The notes under the pieces are model-generated. The model made no database searches. It was not told the DNA's origin and worked only from the letters and a program-made list of their open reading frames with translations. Made by a program: the position numbers and the translations under genes. A stretch of 64,000 bases of DNA from Williopsis jadinii. Its lineage: Eukaryota. Below are positions 1 through 11,378 of the stretch, piece by piece (positions within the stretch are counted from its first letter, which is position 1; every line of letters starts with the position of its first letter). The stretch spans positions 2,728,001 to 2,792,000 of the forward strand of contig AP024664.1 of assembly GCA_024346625.1 (NCBI GenBank), read 5' to 3'.

Positions 1-367
1 CTGTTTTCTTATCATCCACAACCTCGATCAAACGTTCACCTAGTTCAAACCGTCTTCTTGCAGGGTCGTTGACCACACGGATTTTCCCCCTAAATGCCAA
101 TTCGAGGAGAATACAACCACGAAGAGCATATGAGATGCTATCGTTCCAAAAGGAGAGATAACCTTCTTTATCCTTAATCCCCATAAGAAGAACCTCTTCC
201 ATCAAGGTCAATGGTGGTTCTTTCGACTCCTGGATGGTCATTGCGTTGTCCTCTGGATCGTAGCCCACACGGGGCTTATTCTCTTCAGCAACAAGAGTTG
301 ACGATGGACTGAAATCATCCCTGTCGTTGGAGACTTGTTTCACTTTACGACGCTGTAAGCCAGACAT
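1..367 (-). CDS. VPS74: Golgi phosphoprotein 3 (Vps74/GOLPH3), 5' part; runs off window edge
   Basis: Manual translation from ATG 367: MSGLQRRK...[44 protein letters not shown], the GPP34-family signature. Confidence 0.95.
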   Translation of the reverse strand, partial: MSGLQRRKVKQVSNDRDDFSPSSTLVAEENKPRVGYDPEDNAMTIQESKEPPLTLMEEVLLMGIKDKEGYLSFWNDSISYALRGCILLELAFRGKIRVVNDPARRRFELGERLIEVVDDKKT

Positions 368-489
368 ATGTTCGGGTTTGTTTACTGGTTCAATAGCTGA
401 AAGAGTCCCGCATGCGAAACACCAAAGTTCGATTTCTCTCTCCCTTTGAAACACAAGTTTTGTTCACTTTTTTGACGTGTAAATTCCGT

Positions 490-504
490 TGGGTGTCCGG
501 GTGT
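490..504. promoter_or_regulatory. Rap1-like site in VPS74 promoter
   Basis: TGGGTGTCCGGGTGT (rc ACACCCGGACACCCA); the identical 15-mer recurs inverted at 27223-27237. Confidence 0.55.
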
Positions 505-3500
505 TTTGACACTGCTTTGTTCTTTGTTTTTCCTCCACCCAATTTTGTCTATCAATTTGTTCCTTTTTCAGTTCCATTGGTGACGATTTGTCAATCGACA
601 TACCAAAACAGATCGAGAATGACAAAGTCTATCGCAGCAATTTGCAAGACATCGATGTCGAAAAAGCTTAACTGTTCAGACAATTTGTGGGTTCTTCCCC
701 CAAAGTTGTCCGGCATCTTCATAGGCACACCGGTGAAGAGTTCCGCCGATAAAACGGGTTCGCGGGAGAAAAATCGTCATTACATAATCACCAATAGGAC
801 CATTATGTAATATAGACCAAACCGGAATTTCACGTCTGTGAGCGCATGCGGTCGAGGGCCCAAAGAACATGGCGGCTAAATTGACGTAGATGCACCAAAA
901 GAACACACACAACAAACAGCGGTTAATAGCGACTGAATGAGCGTTTTCAGTATGATTGATAAACAGTCAAAGAGCGAGGGAGATCCATTATTGAGATGCT
1001 TTCGCCAGCGTTGTTGTATGCGATGGTAAGATATTTCTCGGATGGACAAAATTGAATGGACTCATAGATCAGTTGTAATGAACACAACGTTGTCCGTTTA
1101 TGATCTGTGCTAGTGTTTGCCGCTGAGAGAGGAGAAGTTACCGGAGCGCCTTGACGAGCCTTTTATACCCCATGTCAGATTAACCGCCGAGAGAGTAAGA
1201 CCGTAGAACAAGGTGATGCATCAGAGAGGTGGAAGAAACGTGTATATTGCTAGGTACAAAGCGCGAGAGGTTCAAGGGTCAAAGGCCCGGAGTTGCAGTG
1301 TAGTTGTTATATGAAAAATGACCAGTTCGCCAGTTTGTGTCTATAATCAAGCATCCGCTTGGTATTGACAGTGATATGTAGAAAAAGGGTAGTGAAACAT
1401 AGGGTAATATGTTGAAGCTGAATGGTGGTTGCGCGTAATGTTGATAACACTAACCATCCTGGAGTTTACGCCAATAGTGGCACCAGTGGTACAACTGCTA
1501 CAAGAATTACGCAAACAGGTCCAGTTACACCAAGTGTTCAGATCTTTACAACAGGGCAAGTCAGTTGTAATGATACAGCTGTAATGAATGTGTTGAAGAT
1601 ACCATTTGAGCAAGTTCTAGAGAGGTGAGGGTGGCTCCAAAAGGTGCATGAGAGAATATGCACTTGGAGAGGTGCTTTGAAATGACACTCATAGGGAAGT
1701 CATCAGAAATGATGACCTTTTCCAAGTAGCCAAGGTTGGGCTTTGCAGTGAAATATGCGCTGTCGTTCTAACAGTGAATCTCGTATCCTGGTATCACTTT
1801 ATCTCACTCCATCATCACCTCACATGAAACATTGCTCAGCGATGTTGGTTTACCTCTCTGGTCAAATCTTTGTACTTGTTGAAAAGTGACGGATAAGAAG
1901 CTATTCTCCTAGAAACCCTGGATTCAACCCAATAGCATGGTGTGGACACTGCCACACATACAGTTGAGGAACAGAGTCTATCATCTATGCCATATAAATT
2001 GGCGGCGTTTTCTGTTCCATGAAAGCACATACCAACTTTGAAAAGCTGGGTATCAAACAAAACTGATGATAGGATCGCACTACACAATGGGCTTGAAACA
2101 GAACATTTGGGAAATATCCTATCATCCTATACAGAGATACGAATGTAAAACAGCATTGTTGAGAAACTACAAATTATAATTGAAATTATCGGAGAAAATC
2201 TCGGTTGATCTTCGACAGAAATTATGCAGGTTCTGCAATTATGCATATAAGAATCTGAAATGTGTGGCATTTCAAAATTTCAACTATTTGAGGTCATTCT
2301 AATTTACTCAGATAGTCCTTCATGAATCATACCAGCTTTATGCCGTAAAGATACTTTAAGGATAACGTACATGCATTGTGTGAATCACACATACTGGAAT
2401 GCATACTCGTTTGATTTTTTTGATCAATTGTCGTTGAATCTGACATATGGTACAGACTCTCAGCAGCTCACTTAGTCGATGGTCATCATTGAATTAACTC
2501 ATGACATCGTGATACTAATTAAGAATTTGGGGACGACTATTGGGACATTATTTTCACCTTGAAAGGCCCACTTATAGACTGTATCCCTGGAATTCTGAGA
2601 GCATAGCACTCATCCATGACTTGCTAATTAATAGTTAGAGTTGAACTTTCTTGTCGCTTTATGAAGTTTCCATCCCAGCTCGGTCATGATTACTGCCTGC
2701 GCACCTAGTTTCCATGTACATATACATTCAAACGACTTTATCCGATAATATCAGCAACCATCATACGTCACAATACACAGGTAAGGTGAAAACCCTATGA
2801 ACATACGCTTATGTAGTGTGGGAAAAGGTGAGGCAGTTGAACCTGAAACGTGTTCAGCCGTTGTAAATTTTGATGAAGTGTAATCAGACGATCCTAGGCA
2901 CTTGAACGATAACTATTCAATACCTCCTAACCCTTAAAGAATCGTTACAGACTAATAAACGTTACCATGTTGCAATCTAACATGTATTGAGTATACTGTG
3001 CATTGTGTGTTTCTATTGCGGAAATAGGGCTTAATGGAAGCGGTAATTCGGTAATCTATAGCGTTCTCTAGATGTTAAACATATGGTGTGTACACAATGC
3101 ATCAGGGATGCTATTTTAAACCCTCAACTGTTCGTCGTGGTTCAAATATCCCTCTCTTCCTGACCTGTAACATTTTATGTCCCACTAGAAGGTATGCATA
3201 TCTGTATACTTGATCATTTAGGAATTGACACCTAAGATGAGAAACTTGGCTAACCTCAAACTCACTTAGTGCATTTCCTAACGTGATCACTAAAGAGGTC
3301 GCCTTTCTTGAGTCTTGAGTTCACAAACTCTTAGGTTTCACCTCTTGTGGGTCGTTGACTGATCCCCGTACAAACTGTGGCCAGCATGTATAAGCGCATC
3401 AACAAGCACTGCAGCGTATCCTTACCGGCACTAGGTAGCTCCGAGTTAGTGCTCTATTAGGCACAACAACAGCCTCGGCTGTAGTCTGTGGGATAGTTCA

Positions 3501-3571
3501 TGTATCGTGTTATAACTTATCATGTACATACAATACCAATCGTTGAGGGATAAACTATTAGCGTTTTTCAA

Positions 3572-4580
3572 TGCTCCGAAATAGCATTCGCTAACTATGC
3601 GGCTGGAAGCTTTCCAAAGGCCAAAAAAGAGACTCTTCATGTAGATTGTTTTACTTTGAAGAGCAAGTTTTTCCGACAATGCACGAACATGCCGTATGGT
3701 GATATATGTACGTTGGGGCACTTAAAGCAATCTAAGTCTTACACAACGCGCGGAGGGTGGGGGGAGGAACAAACGTTCAACCCGGGATTCGGGAAAACTT
3801 CCCTCTACTGTGTGACGCATTAGTTAGAGAGAAGAGCTTTTAGGGGGGCACATCTTTATGGTATCTTGAAATCTTTCCGGTACATAAATCCAAGCGAAGC
3901 TTCGTACTTGTTCTTGCAATTTTCTTAGCAATTACTAGCGTTGTTACAGTTCTTGCTATTTTCAATTGCTCAAGATGTATAGCATAAGGTATAGTAAACG
4001 CTTAAACCAATTATTTCCCCAGGATACACACTTTTTGTTGTATAAATTGTAACCTGGGAAGTTTAACAGCATTGCACGTAAAGTTCCGTGAACAATCGGT
4101 ACAACTCTTTTTTTTCCCTCTTCGCGGCTTTCACCAGGTGGGTGGTTCTCCCGGGTAAACTCAAGAGAAAAACAACACCAAAATAATATTCCGTACGGCA
4201 AAAAAGTTATGAATTTACAAAGTTTATGCGGGAATGCAGGCGTTTTGCTCTATTTTTCCTTTCTTTTTTTCTTACCTTGTCATGCGTCCCGCACATGAAC
4301 GAACAAGCCAGAAGGGAAAGTCACATTCACATGAAGGAAAATTTAGTGATAATTTTTCCATCCCCTTTTCTCTTTCTTTCCTGTTCTCTCCTTTTTTTTG
4401 AAAGCAAGGACACACAGTTTTTACATCAAGGAGATACTGAATACACAGAGTATACCGAGTTTACGGAACGAGGTACTACACAAATCTTTTCATTACAGTT
4501 AACTGTGTTTGCGAGTTTGGCTGATAGTTAAAGGATCAAAGGAAAACCCTAGAAAATAATCGCTGGAGAAATCCGGAAAA
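3572..4580. promoter_or_regulatory. Rgt1-type CGGANNA sites and a Reb1-type site upstream of STD1/MTH1
   Basis: CGGANNA on either strand at 3572, 3669, 4187 and 4574; CCGGGTAA at 4151. Fits glucose-signalling control of this gene family. Confidence 0.4.
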
Positions 4581-4720
4581 TACGAAGAGGAGTTTACTAC
4601 AGTTACAGACAACTAAATTACTCAACACCCCCCCCTTTTATATATTGGTAAGGAAAGACAGAGATCTAGCAAGAAGGGATACGTTTGAACTAAGGGGATC
4701 ATAAATTACCACAAGGGAGG

Positions 4721-6076
4721 ATGTACATTTCACCATTTGCCTCATCAGGCAAAACTAATACTCCAAGGGAGTATACCAACAGAGCCAGGGATGAGATTAA
4801 CAAGACATTACGGCTCAACAGCACCACAACTTCACGGCATGGACCTTCCCCGTTACAACGCGTGATGTCTACAGCATCGGATTCATCGTTGACAAGAACG
4901 ATGTCCAATGAGTCCGTAGATACAATAACGACGGAAAAACGTAAGAGCGGGTTCTTTGGACGCCTACGGCTCAGGAAAGACAAACAAGAAGATCAGACAT
5001 CAACACTACAACAGCTACAACAACATTTACATGAGAGTTCAGAACAATTAGAGAGTATAGATACGGATTCTGTGATGAGTTATGACAGTGCCTCAACAAC
5101 TTCGTTGTCTGAGAGCGACTCGCTCCTGGGAGATGATCGGATGGATGTCGATATGCAGCAAATCTACACAGTACCATCTATAGCTTCTACAACGATGTCT
5201 ATGGCTACAGAATCAACAGCCTCGGATTCGTTATTCAGTGCTGCAAATACCCTTGGTACGACTTTTACCAATGTCTCGTCGCAGGCGGATTATCAGCCTT
5301 ACCAAAAGGGAGTTGCACTAACGTTACAAGAGGCTATTCCAACATCCTTTGCCGATATGTATTCCCCAGAGTTGATGGCTGATCCAAAAATGTTATGCGA
5401 TGGAAGACCATTATTCACCAAACGCGCGTTACAAGACTGGGAGTTAAACGATATTCGCTCTCTTTTAATCGTGGAGAGTCTTAAACCTGAATGGGGGAAT
5501 CAACTACCAATTATTTATTCACCACCAGGTTTCAAATTTGAGTTTTTACCATTGGATGCTGATGATAGCACGGTGGTGCGTACTCTAGTACAGAGCGATA
5601 TCTACAGAGAGGCCAAGTTGGATACTGCGTTTAGAGAACAGACAGCAAAGTATACTTTGAGCGCTGCAAGAATGAGACACGAACAGATTGTTAGGGCATC
5701 TGGCATGCCAACATCGACGCACGCACCACGTTGCCTATCCAAACCGGAATGGCGTAATGTCATTGAAAACTACCTGTTGAACCTCGCAGTTGAAGCACAG
5801 TGCCGCTACGATTTCAAAAAAGTCTGCCATGAGGCAAAGAAGTGGAAACGTCAACAGCAGGCACAGAGCCTGGGGCTACCATCACCGAAATTTGTCAACC
5901 CAAACAAAGGCTCACTTTTGAAGAAGGCCATCATGAACGATGTTTCCCAATCGTCTCCACAACAGGCCGTTGTAAAGCTGACAAAGGAGGAAAAGGCCCA
6001 GCTGTGGACCGAGGTTCAAGAGAAAGTTTATAGACGTATTGGACTTGATTGGACTCCAGACAAGATCACCGCTTAA
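4721..6076 (+). CDS. STD1: Std1/Mth1 glucose-signalling co-repressor (single pre-WGD ortholog)
   Basis: 451 aa; GRPLFTKR..DWELNDIRSLLIV, LSKPEWRNVIENYLLNLAVEAQCRYDFK, GLDW C-terminus; next to DBP5 as in S. cerevisiae. Confidence 0.92.
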   Translation: MYISPFASSGKTNTPREYTNRARDEINKTLRLNSTTTSRHGPSPLQRVMSTASDSSLTRTMSNESVDTITTEKRKSGFFGRLRLRKDKQEDQTSTLQQLQQHLHESSEQLESIDTDSVMSYDSASTTSLSESDSLLGDDRMDVDMQQIYTVPSIASTTMSMATESTASDSLFSAANTLGTTFTNVSSQADYQPYQKGVALTLQEAIPTSFADMYSPELMADPKMLCDGRPLFTKRALQDWELNDIRSLLIVESLKPEWGNQLPIIYSPPGFKFEFLPLDADDSTVVRTLVQSDIYREAKLDTAFREQTAKYTLSAARMRHEQIVRASGMPTSTHAPRCLSKPEWRNVIENYLLNLAVEAQCRYDFKKVCHEAKKWKRQQQAQSLGLPSPKFVNPNKGSLLKKAIMNDVSQSSPQQAVVKLTKEEKAQLWTEVQEKVYRRIGLDWTPDKITA

Positions 6077-6338
6077 GCGTTTAATTTATTTATATTCAGA
6101 AAGAATTAATGACCATCGTTACGATTAATCTAAATTTTAAGCATATGTCTCTGTAGCGCGTAGCTATGGAAACGTTATGTCGTTTCCAATGTGGTTTCCA
6201 ATGTGGTGTCCGGATGAATGTTGTTGAAGTTTTTTTTGCCTTTTCGAGGGAAACCGACCACAAACACTTCCACTTATTTCAATGGACGTTGAACCTCTGT
6301 CAATATAATTCGCCATCGTTATATAACCAGATACAGAT

Positions 6339-7811
6339 ATGGCTGAATCCAGAGAAGCATCAGATGCAGCCAACCTTTTGTCCTCATTGTCCATAAAGAC
6401 AGAGGCTAAGGAAACAAAGAACGTTTCAGAGAAGACGAAGGAGGAGGAGAAGAAGAAGAGCGTTGAAGTGAAGACAGATGAGAAGCCAACTACAAAAGAT
6501 AAATCCACAGCAGATGGGCAGTCTAAGACCGATGAGAAAGCCGAACATCCACCAAGCAACTTGATCAAATCATCGTACGAGGTCAAGGTCAAACTTGCTG
6601 ATTTACAAGCCGATCCAAACTCTCCGTTGTACTCCATCAAATCCTTTGAAGAGCTTGGACTTCAGCCTGAATTGCTGAAGGGGCTGTATGCAATGAAGTA
6701 CCAGAAACCTTCAAAAATCCAAGAGAAAGCCCTGCCACTTTTGATCTCTAATCCACCAAGAAATATGATTGGTCAATCCCAAAGTGGTACAGGTAAAACC
6801 GCCGCCTTTTCGCTAACGATGTTATCCCGCGTTGATCCAAACATCAAGGAGGTTCAAGCTATCTGTTTAGCGCCTGCAAGAGAGTTGGCCAGACAGACTT
6901 TGGATGTTGTGGAGACTATGGGTAAGTACACTGGAATCACCACACAACTTGTCGTTCCAGATGCATTCACGAAAGGTCAAGCCATTACTGCACAAATCTT
7001 GGTTGGTACTCCAGGGACATTGCTCGATCTGATTCGCCGTAAGCAGGTCAACACTTCTCAGGTCAAGGTATTCGTGCTAGATGAAGCTGATAACATGTTG
7101 GACCAACAGGGGATGGGCGATCAGTGTGTGCGTGTAAAGAAATTCCTCCCAAAGACTACACAATTGGTTATCTTCTCTGCAACATTCCCAGATGACGTTC
7201 GTAAATACGCTGAAAAGTTTGTTCCAAATGCTAACCAGTTGTCATTGAAACAAGAGGAATTGAACGTTGATGCTATTAAGCAGCTATACATGGATTGTGA
7301 TAGCGAACAACACAAGTATGAAGTTTTGACAGAACTATATGGATTGTTGACCATTGCCTCTTCTATCATATTCGTTGCCAGAAAGGACACCGCTGACAAG
7401 ATTTACAAACAGCTGAAACACGATGGTCATCAAATCTCAATCCTACACTCTGGATTGGAGAACCAAGAACGTGATCGTTTAATCGATGATTTCAGATCTG
7501 GCCGTTCGAAGGTGTTGATCACTACTAACGTCTTGGCAAGAGGTATCGATATTCCAACGGTTTCGATGGTTGTCAATTACGATCTACCAACAGATAAGAA
7601 TGGTAACGCCGATCCTTCGACTTATTTGCACAGAATTGGAAGAACCGGTAGGTTCGGTAGAGTTGGTGTTGCGGTTTCTTTTATCCATGATAAGAAGTCC
7701 TACCAGCAGTTGATGCAGATTAGAGAATATTTCGGGAACATTGAGATGACAAGAGTTCCAACAAATGATTGGGAAGAGGTTGAAAAGATTGTTAAGAAAG
7801 TGTTGAAGTGA
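6339..7811 (+). CDS. DBP5: DEAD-box mRNA export helicase Dbp5
   Basis: QSQSGTGKT, DEAD, SAT and HRIGRTGRFG motifs; LADLQADPNSPLYS N-terminal motif. Confidence 0.97.
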   Translation: MAESREASDAANLLSSLSIKTEAKETKNVSEKTKEEEKKKSVEVKTDEKPTTKDKSTADGQSKTDEKAEHPPSNLIKSSYEVKVKLADLQADPNSPLYSIKSFEELGLQPELLKGLYAMKYQKPSKIQEKALPLLISNPPRNMIGQSQSGTGKTAAFSLTMLSRVDPNIKEVQAICLAPARELARQTLDVVETMGKYTGITTQLVVPDAFTKGQAITAQILVGTPGTLLDLIRRKQVNTSQVKVFVLDEADNMLDQQGMGDQCVRVKKFLPKTTQLVIFSATFPDDVRKYAEKFVPNANQLSLKQEELNVDAIKQLYMDCDSEQHKYEVLTELYGLLTIASSIIFVARKDTADKIYKQLKHDGHQISILHSGLENQERDRLIDDFRSGRSKVLITTNVLARGIDIPTVSMVVNYDLPTDKNGNADPSTYLHRIGRTGRFGRVGVAVSFIHDKKSYQQLMQIREYFGNIEMTRVPTNDWEEVEKIVKKVLK

Positions 7812-8082
7812 TGATGATGCTCGGTACATAGTGCTTTATCATGTATTATGTAATATACTTCCTAAAACAGAAACTTGCCTAATACGGAAATTATGTACAG
7901 TCTTTTCCCAGGATTGTGGTTTCCGTCATTTCCCACGAGGGAAATTTCGCGGCCACATAATGACAACCAAATTTGCCGAATCTTTTAAATTGTATAAACA
8001 AAGACATCTTTTCCTTTTCTCTTCATCTCCCTTTCTCTTTCGTTACTGTCAAGTTTCATTCAATTAATTACCACATTAAACC

Positions 8083-8564
8083 ATGGCTGACGCTGCTAAG
8101 ATTGTTAACGTTGTTCTTGGTAAGTACCTTATCCACTGTTGTGCTTTCTGGTTGATATGAAGTTGCTTCAATTATATGGGGTCCCTGGCTCACGGAAAAA
8201 TATGCCTATCCTCTACATTCTCCATGACAACTGAAAGCAAAACAAAACAATGGATTAAAAGCGCTGAAATGACTAACAAACCTTTAAGCTCTTTTGCTTC
8301 CACCTCTTGCTGTCTTCCTCGTTAGAGGTGCCGGTAGGGACTTGTTGATCAACTGTATTTGTTGTTGTAAGTATAATCGATTTCCGCCTAGAATTCGAGG
8401 GGTTTTCACGCTCCGTTTCGGCATGGCTGGACGGACAGGCCTGCTCGAAGCGGAGGCAAAAAAACAAAAAAACCACACGACCAGGTTTAACTAACATTAC
8501 CATAGGTTTCATTTGGTTCCCAGCTATCTTGCATGCTTTGTACATTGTGTTAACATCGAACTAA
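8083..8564 (+). CDS. PMP3: Plasma-membrane proteolipid Pmp3 (57 aa, 3 exons)
   Basis: Exons 8083-8119, 8289-8366, 8506-8564; introns GTAAGT..GACTAAC..AAG and GTAAGT..AACTAAC..TAG; product MADAAKIVNVVLALLLPPLAVFLVRGAGRDLLINCICCCFIWFPAILHALYIVLTSN; synteny with MTH1. Confidence 0.92.
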
Positions 8565-9057
8565 GCAGTATGATATTCTATAACGGTTTGAGCTCTTGAG
8601 CCCATTGTGTCTTTTTTCACAAAACGTGTGCTCTGGGATTGTCGACCTTATCACGATTAATATGAGTTTAAACTCTCTTGACCTCCCCTACTTTTTTTTA
8701 CACTTTTTTGTTTTGTTTAATAGTAAACTCGTCATTTGTATAACTAATTACCAAGGGGGAGATTGTTTATACTTTTCTATATCTCCATTTGTTAATGATA
8801 CAAAGGTTTCAAAAGAATTAGAAGCTTGATGGCATTTGTAGAGGGTATTTGAGTGACATGTGTGGGCATCGTCATTTCCGCGCTTTTCTACACAGTGGGA
8901 CTAAAACAGGTCAAACGTCCAAGGGAGCCTTTTAATGAATTGTGGATTGTTATATACCCACAGTTAAACCGTGATGGACCTTATAATATATGTACACGTG
9001 GAATTCGTTCAAGTGGAAATCAACAACATCATGTCTATGTGTTAATCATAAAATCGT

Positions 9058-9225
9058 TTAAAGCTGAGGAGCCATTGCGTCCATCAATGGAGATTGGATG
9101 AAGGCAACACCGGCAATGAAAAGAACAACGTTCAAACCTAGTGGGAAAACTGGGTTGCTTGTAACTCTTGAGATAAAAGAATCGTTCTCCTTTTGAGGAG
9201 CAGCTTGTGCGTGAATGTGATCCAT
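9058..9225 (-). CDS. TOM6: Mitochondrial import receptor subunit Tom6 (55 aa)
   Basis: MDHIHAQAAPQKENDSFISRVTSNPVFPLGLNVVLFIAGVAFIQSPLMDAMAPQL; C-terminal AGVAFIQSPLMD.xAPQL signature; below ORF-track cutoff; syntenic position. Confidence 0.95.
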   Translation of the reverse strand: MDHIHAQAAPQKENDSFISRVTSNPVFPLGLNVVLFIAGVAFIQSPLMDAMAPQL

Positions 9226-9772
9226 CTTGTTGTTATACGTATTAAGGCGATGCTGATCGAAGGGTGTATTTGATTCCTATTCATTCACGCATTGAAAAGT
9301 TGCCGACCTTTGGAGAAAAAAAATCTCATACTGTCCCTACCATAGAAGGATTACCCGTCCTTGAACCTCTTGGTAAGCGCACCATCTCATGACTAAAATG
9401 GCAGGCCACGGTTTGTGACATCAGTACTAGTTATGAAGTTATAGTTGTAGAATCATCTTTTTATAATAGTAGCACCGGATTAAACCCCCAATAATGCTAT
9501 ATATATAGGTATATAAGCAAAACACGTAGATGATAAATGTATCATCGAAACCTCCCTGAAAATTGTAAATAGCAAACAGAAAAAAAATAGTACGGCATAA
9601 GAAGCAGTAGTGTATAAAAACTGCAAGAGGCTAATGGCTCATGCGACCAAAGAGGTATGCCAATTTTCTCTCAGTGATCTTTCCAATTGCCCATCATAGA
9701 GGTGATATTGATCATCAACATATGTGATGGAAACGCCATATTGATTTGTCGAGCTATAAAGAGCATTTCGAT

Positions 9773-10145
9773 TTAACCAGCAATCGAAGCCTCACAGATA
9801 ACTTTTTGATTATACATCTGTCTCTTCCCAATTCTTTTCAACTTCATTGTCCATAAACCTCGAGTACTAGACTTCAACTCGTGAAACCAAACGACAACGT
9901 TGATGCCAACCTGTTTAAGTTGAACAAGACGCATGGCATATAGCATCAAATCCCAAGCAAGGAGCATTATGACGGGCGTTATAATCATAAAGGATATGAG
10001 CATCTATCATTTAGGAGTTAGCAACAATAAAAACTTCACGTCATCCCACGTAGACAAACACAACGGAGTTACTCACCGAGATGTACTGCACAACAGTAAC
10101 AGCGTACTGTGCAAGTGTGATAGCTGTTGATAAAATATGGAGCAT
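9773..10145 (-). CDS. Small membrane protein, Bsc2/Irc23-like (99 aa, 2 exons)
   Basis: Exon1 10145-10077, intron 10076-10004 (GTGAGT..TGCTAAC..TAG), exon2 10003-9773 in frame; PVIMLLAWDLMLYAMRL resembles the Bsc2 core; occupies the IRC23/BSC2 syntenic slot. Confidence 0.72.
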
Positions 10146-10739
10146 TTCTGATACAAATGTGAATCGTAGATTAACGTAGGTTGGCAAAATAGAGTACAGG
10201 TGACTTAAAGGCACGTAGAGACTGGGTGTAGTTCTTCTTCCCGATTTCCTGGCAACTTCAAACTGAACAAGTGAGAATATAGAGAAAACACACACACGCA
10301 CACACACGCACGCGTACAGAAACACCTGAGGACTAAGGCCTATACTTATATTCGTAACGAATGCAGAGGTGGTTGATACTTGTGGTGATATGATTATCTT
10401 TCTTGTTAAAAAAATTTCCTTCTTTTCCCTTTTCTCCCTAATTCCTACATGTGATACACACCCACTCACTGTGCTTATACGGCAGAGGCCCAGATGCATG
10501 CGGGTAATTTTAGAGTTTTTTTTGTTTTTCTGCCACTGAGGCAACAGAAAGTTAATAAAATAAAGCCCTCGCGTAAACAACTTTCCTGGTATGGGCCAAC
10601 ACACTTCCACGAGTTAAAAATTTTCTTGTTGATTTCTTAGTTTTATCTCTTTTATACTTTTACTGTTGACTATGGGGGGCCTTAGGGTTTCATTCCATTG
10701 TGTGGAATTGATACCATTTGAGCGTGCTATACATTGAAT

Positions 10740-11378
10740 ATGGTTCAGATCACACTTGAAGTGAACCAGCTAGGTAAGTACGAGATCTTTTTTCTGTCTC
10801 ATAAAAATGTCTCTCCTGTTTACTCTCTTAACCAGATTAGGAAAGACAAAGAATGAAGAAAAGCAGGATGATTTTGCATCGTTTTGGCAAAGTCCACCAA
10901 GGAAGGGAAAAAAGAAAAGAATTAGAAGAAGCTGGAGAGTGATGTTAAACAACTTGAACTTATCTACATTATCTGAGAATTTTAAAGAGAAGAAAACAAG
11001 CACCTTTTCTGACTCCTTTGCTTTCTTCCCAATTTTAATGTTGTTTCTTTTTTGCTTAAAACTTCCCTTTTCTTCATCTTTGCTCTGTCGTTAAGATGCA
11101 CCTATCTGCTAGCGCAAGTGGCGAGACTGCCGGGTACTGATTGGAGGTCAGGGGGAGGAAACCTTGGCCTATGAATGTGGTTAAGTTTAATTCCTTGTTC
11201 CCGGTGAGATCCCCTTCTTGTATAAGCTCTTTGATGCATTACAAATCTTATACATTGACGTGCTTGTCGTGCAAGAAATAGCGAGCGAGAGAAGAGAAAT
11301 TAATCATTGATTCAAACACGTTCAGCCTTACTAACCGCACGCCTGGAATTGACAGATAGATCAAAATTAAATAATTAA
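10740..11378 (+). ncRNA. Putative spliced snoRNA host transcript (intron 10774-11355); ends approximate
   Basis: GTAAGT at 10774, TACTAAC 11329-11335, CAG 11353-11355; spliced product encodes only 18 aa (MVQITLEVNQLDRSKLNN); the intron contains snR62. Confidence 0.65.
10934..11016 (+). ncRNA. SNR62: Box C/D snoRNA, snR62 homolog (guides 25S Um1888 equivalent)
   Basis: Terminal stem GGAG/CTCC; box C GTGATGT 10939-10945; guide CTTATCTACATTAT 10959-10972 complementary to 25S AUAAUGUAGAUAAG; D' CTGA 10973; D CTGA 11009; the +5 rule points to a U. Confidence 0.88.

Noticed and set aside
6182..6207. Tandem 12-mer GTTTCCAATGTG x2 in the DBP5 promoter
   Set aside because: Only two copies; no array structure or recognisable function
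10720..10780. Minus-strand TACTTACCT resembling the U1 snRNA 5' end
   Set aside because: It is simply the complement of the plus-strand 5' splice site; no U1 stem-loop I motif or Sm site
10041..11094. ORFs 10041-10610, 10770-11003 and 10807-11094
   Set aside because: Only the 3' end of the first is real (exon 1 of the BSC2-like gene); the rest are promoter microsatellite or snoRNA-intron purine/pyrimidine tracts
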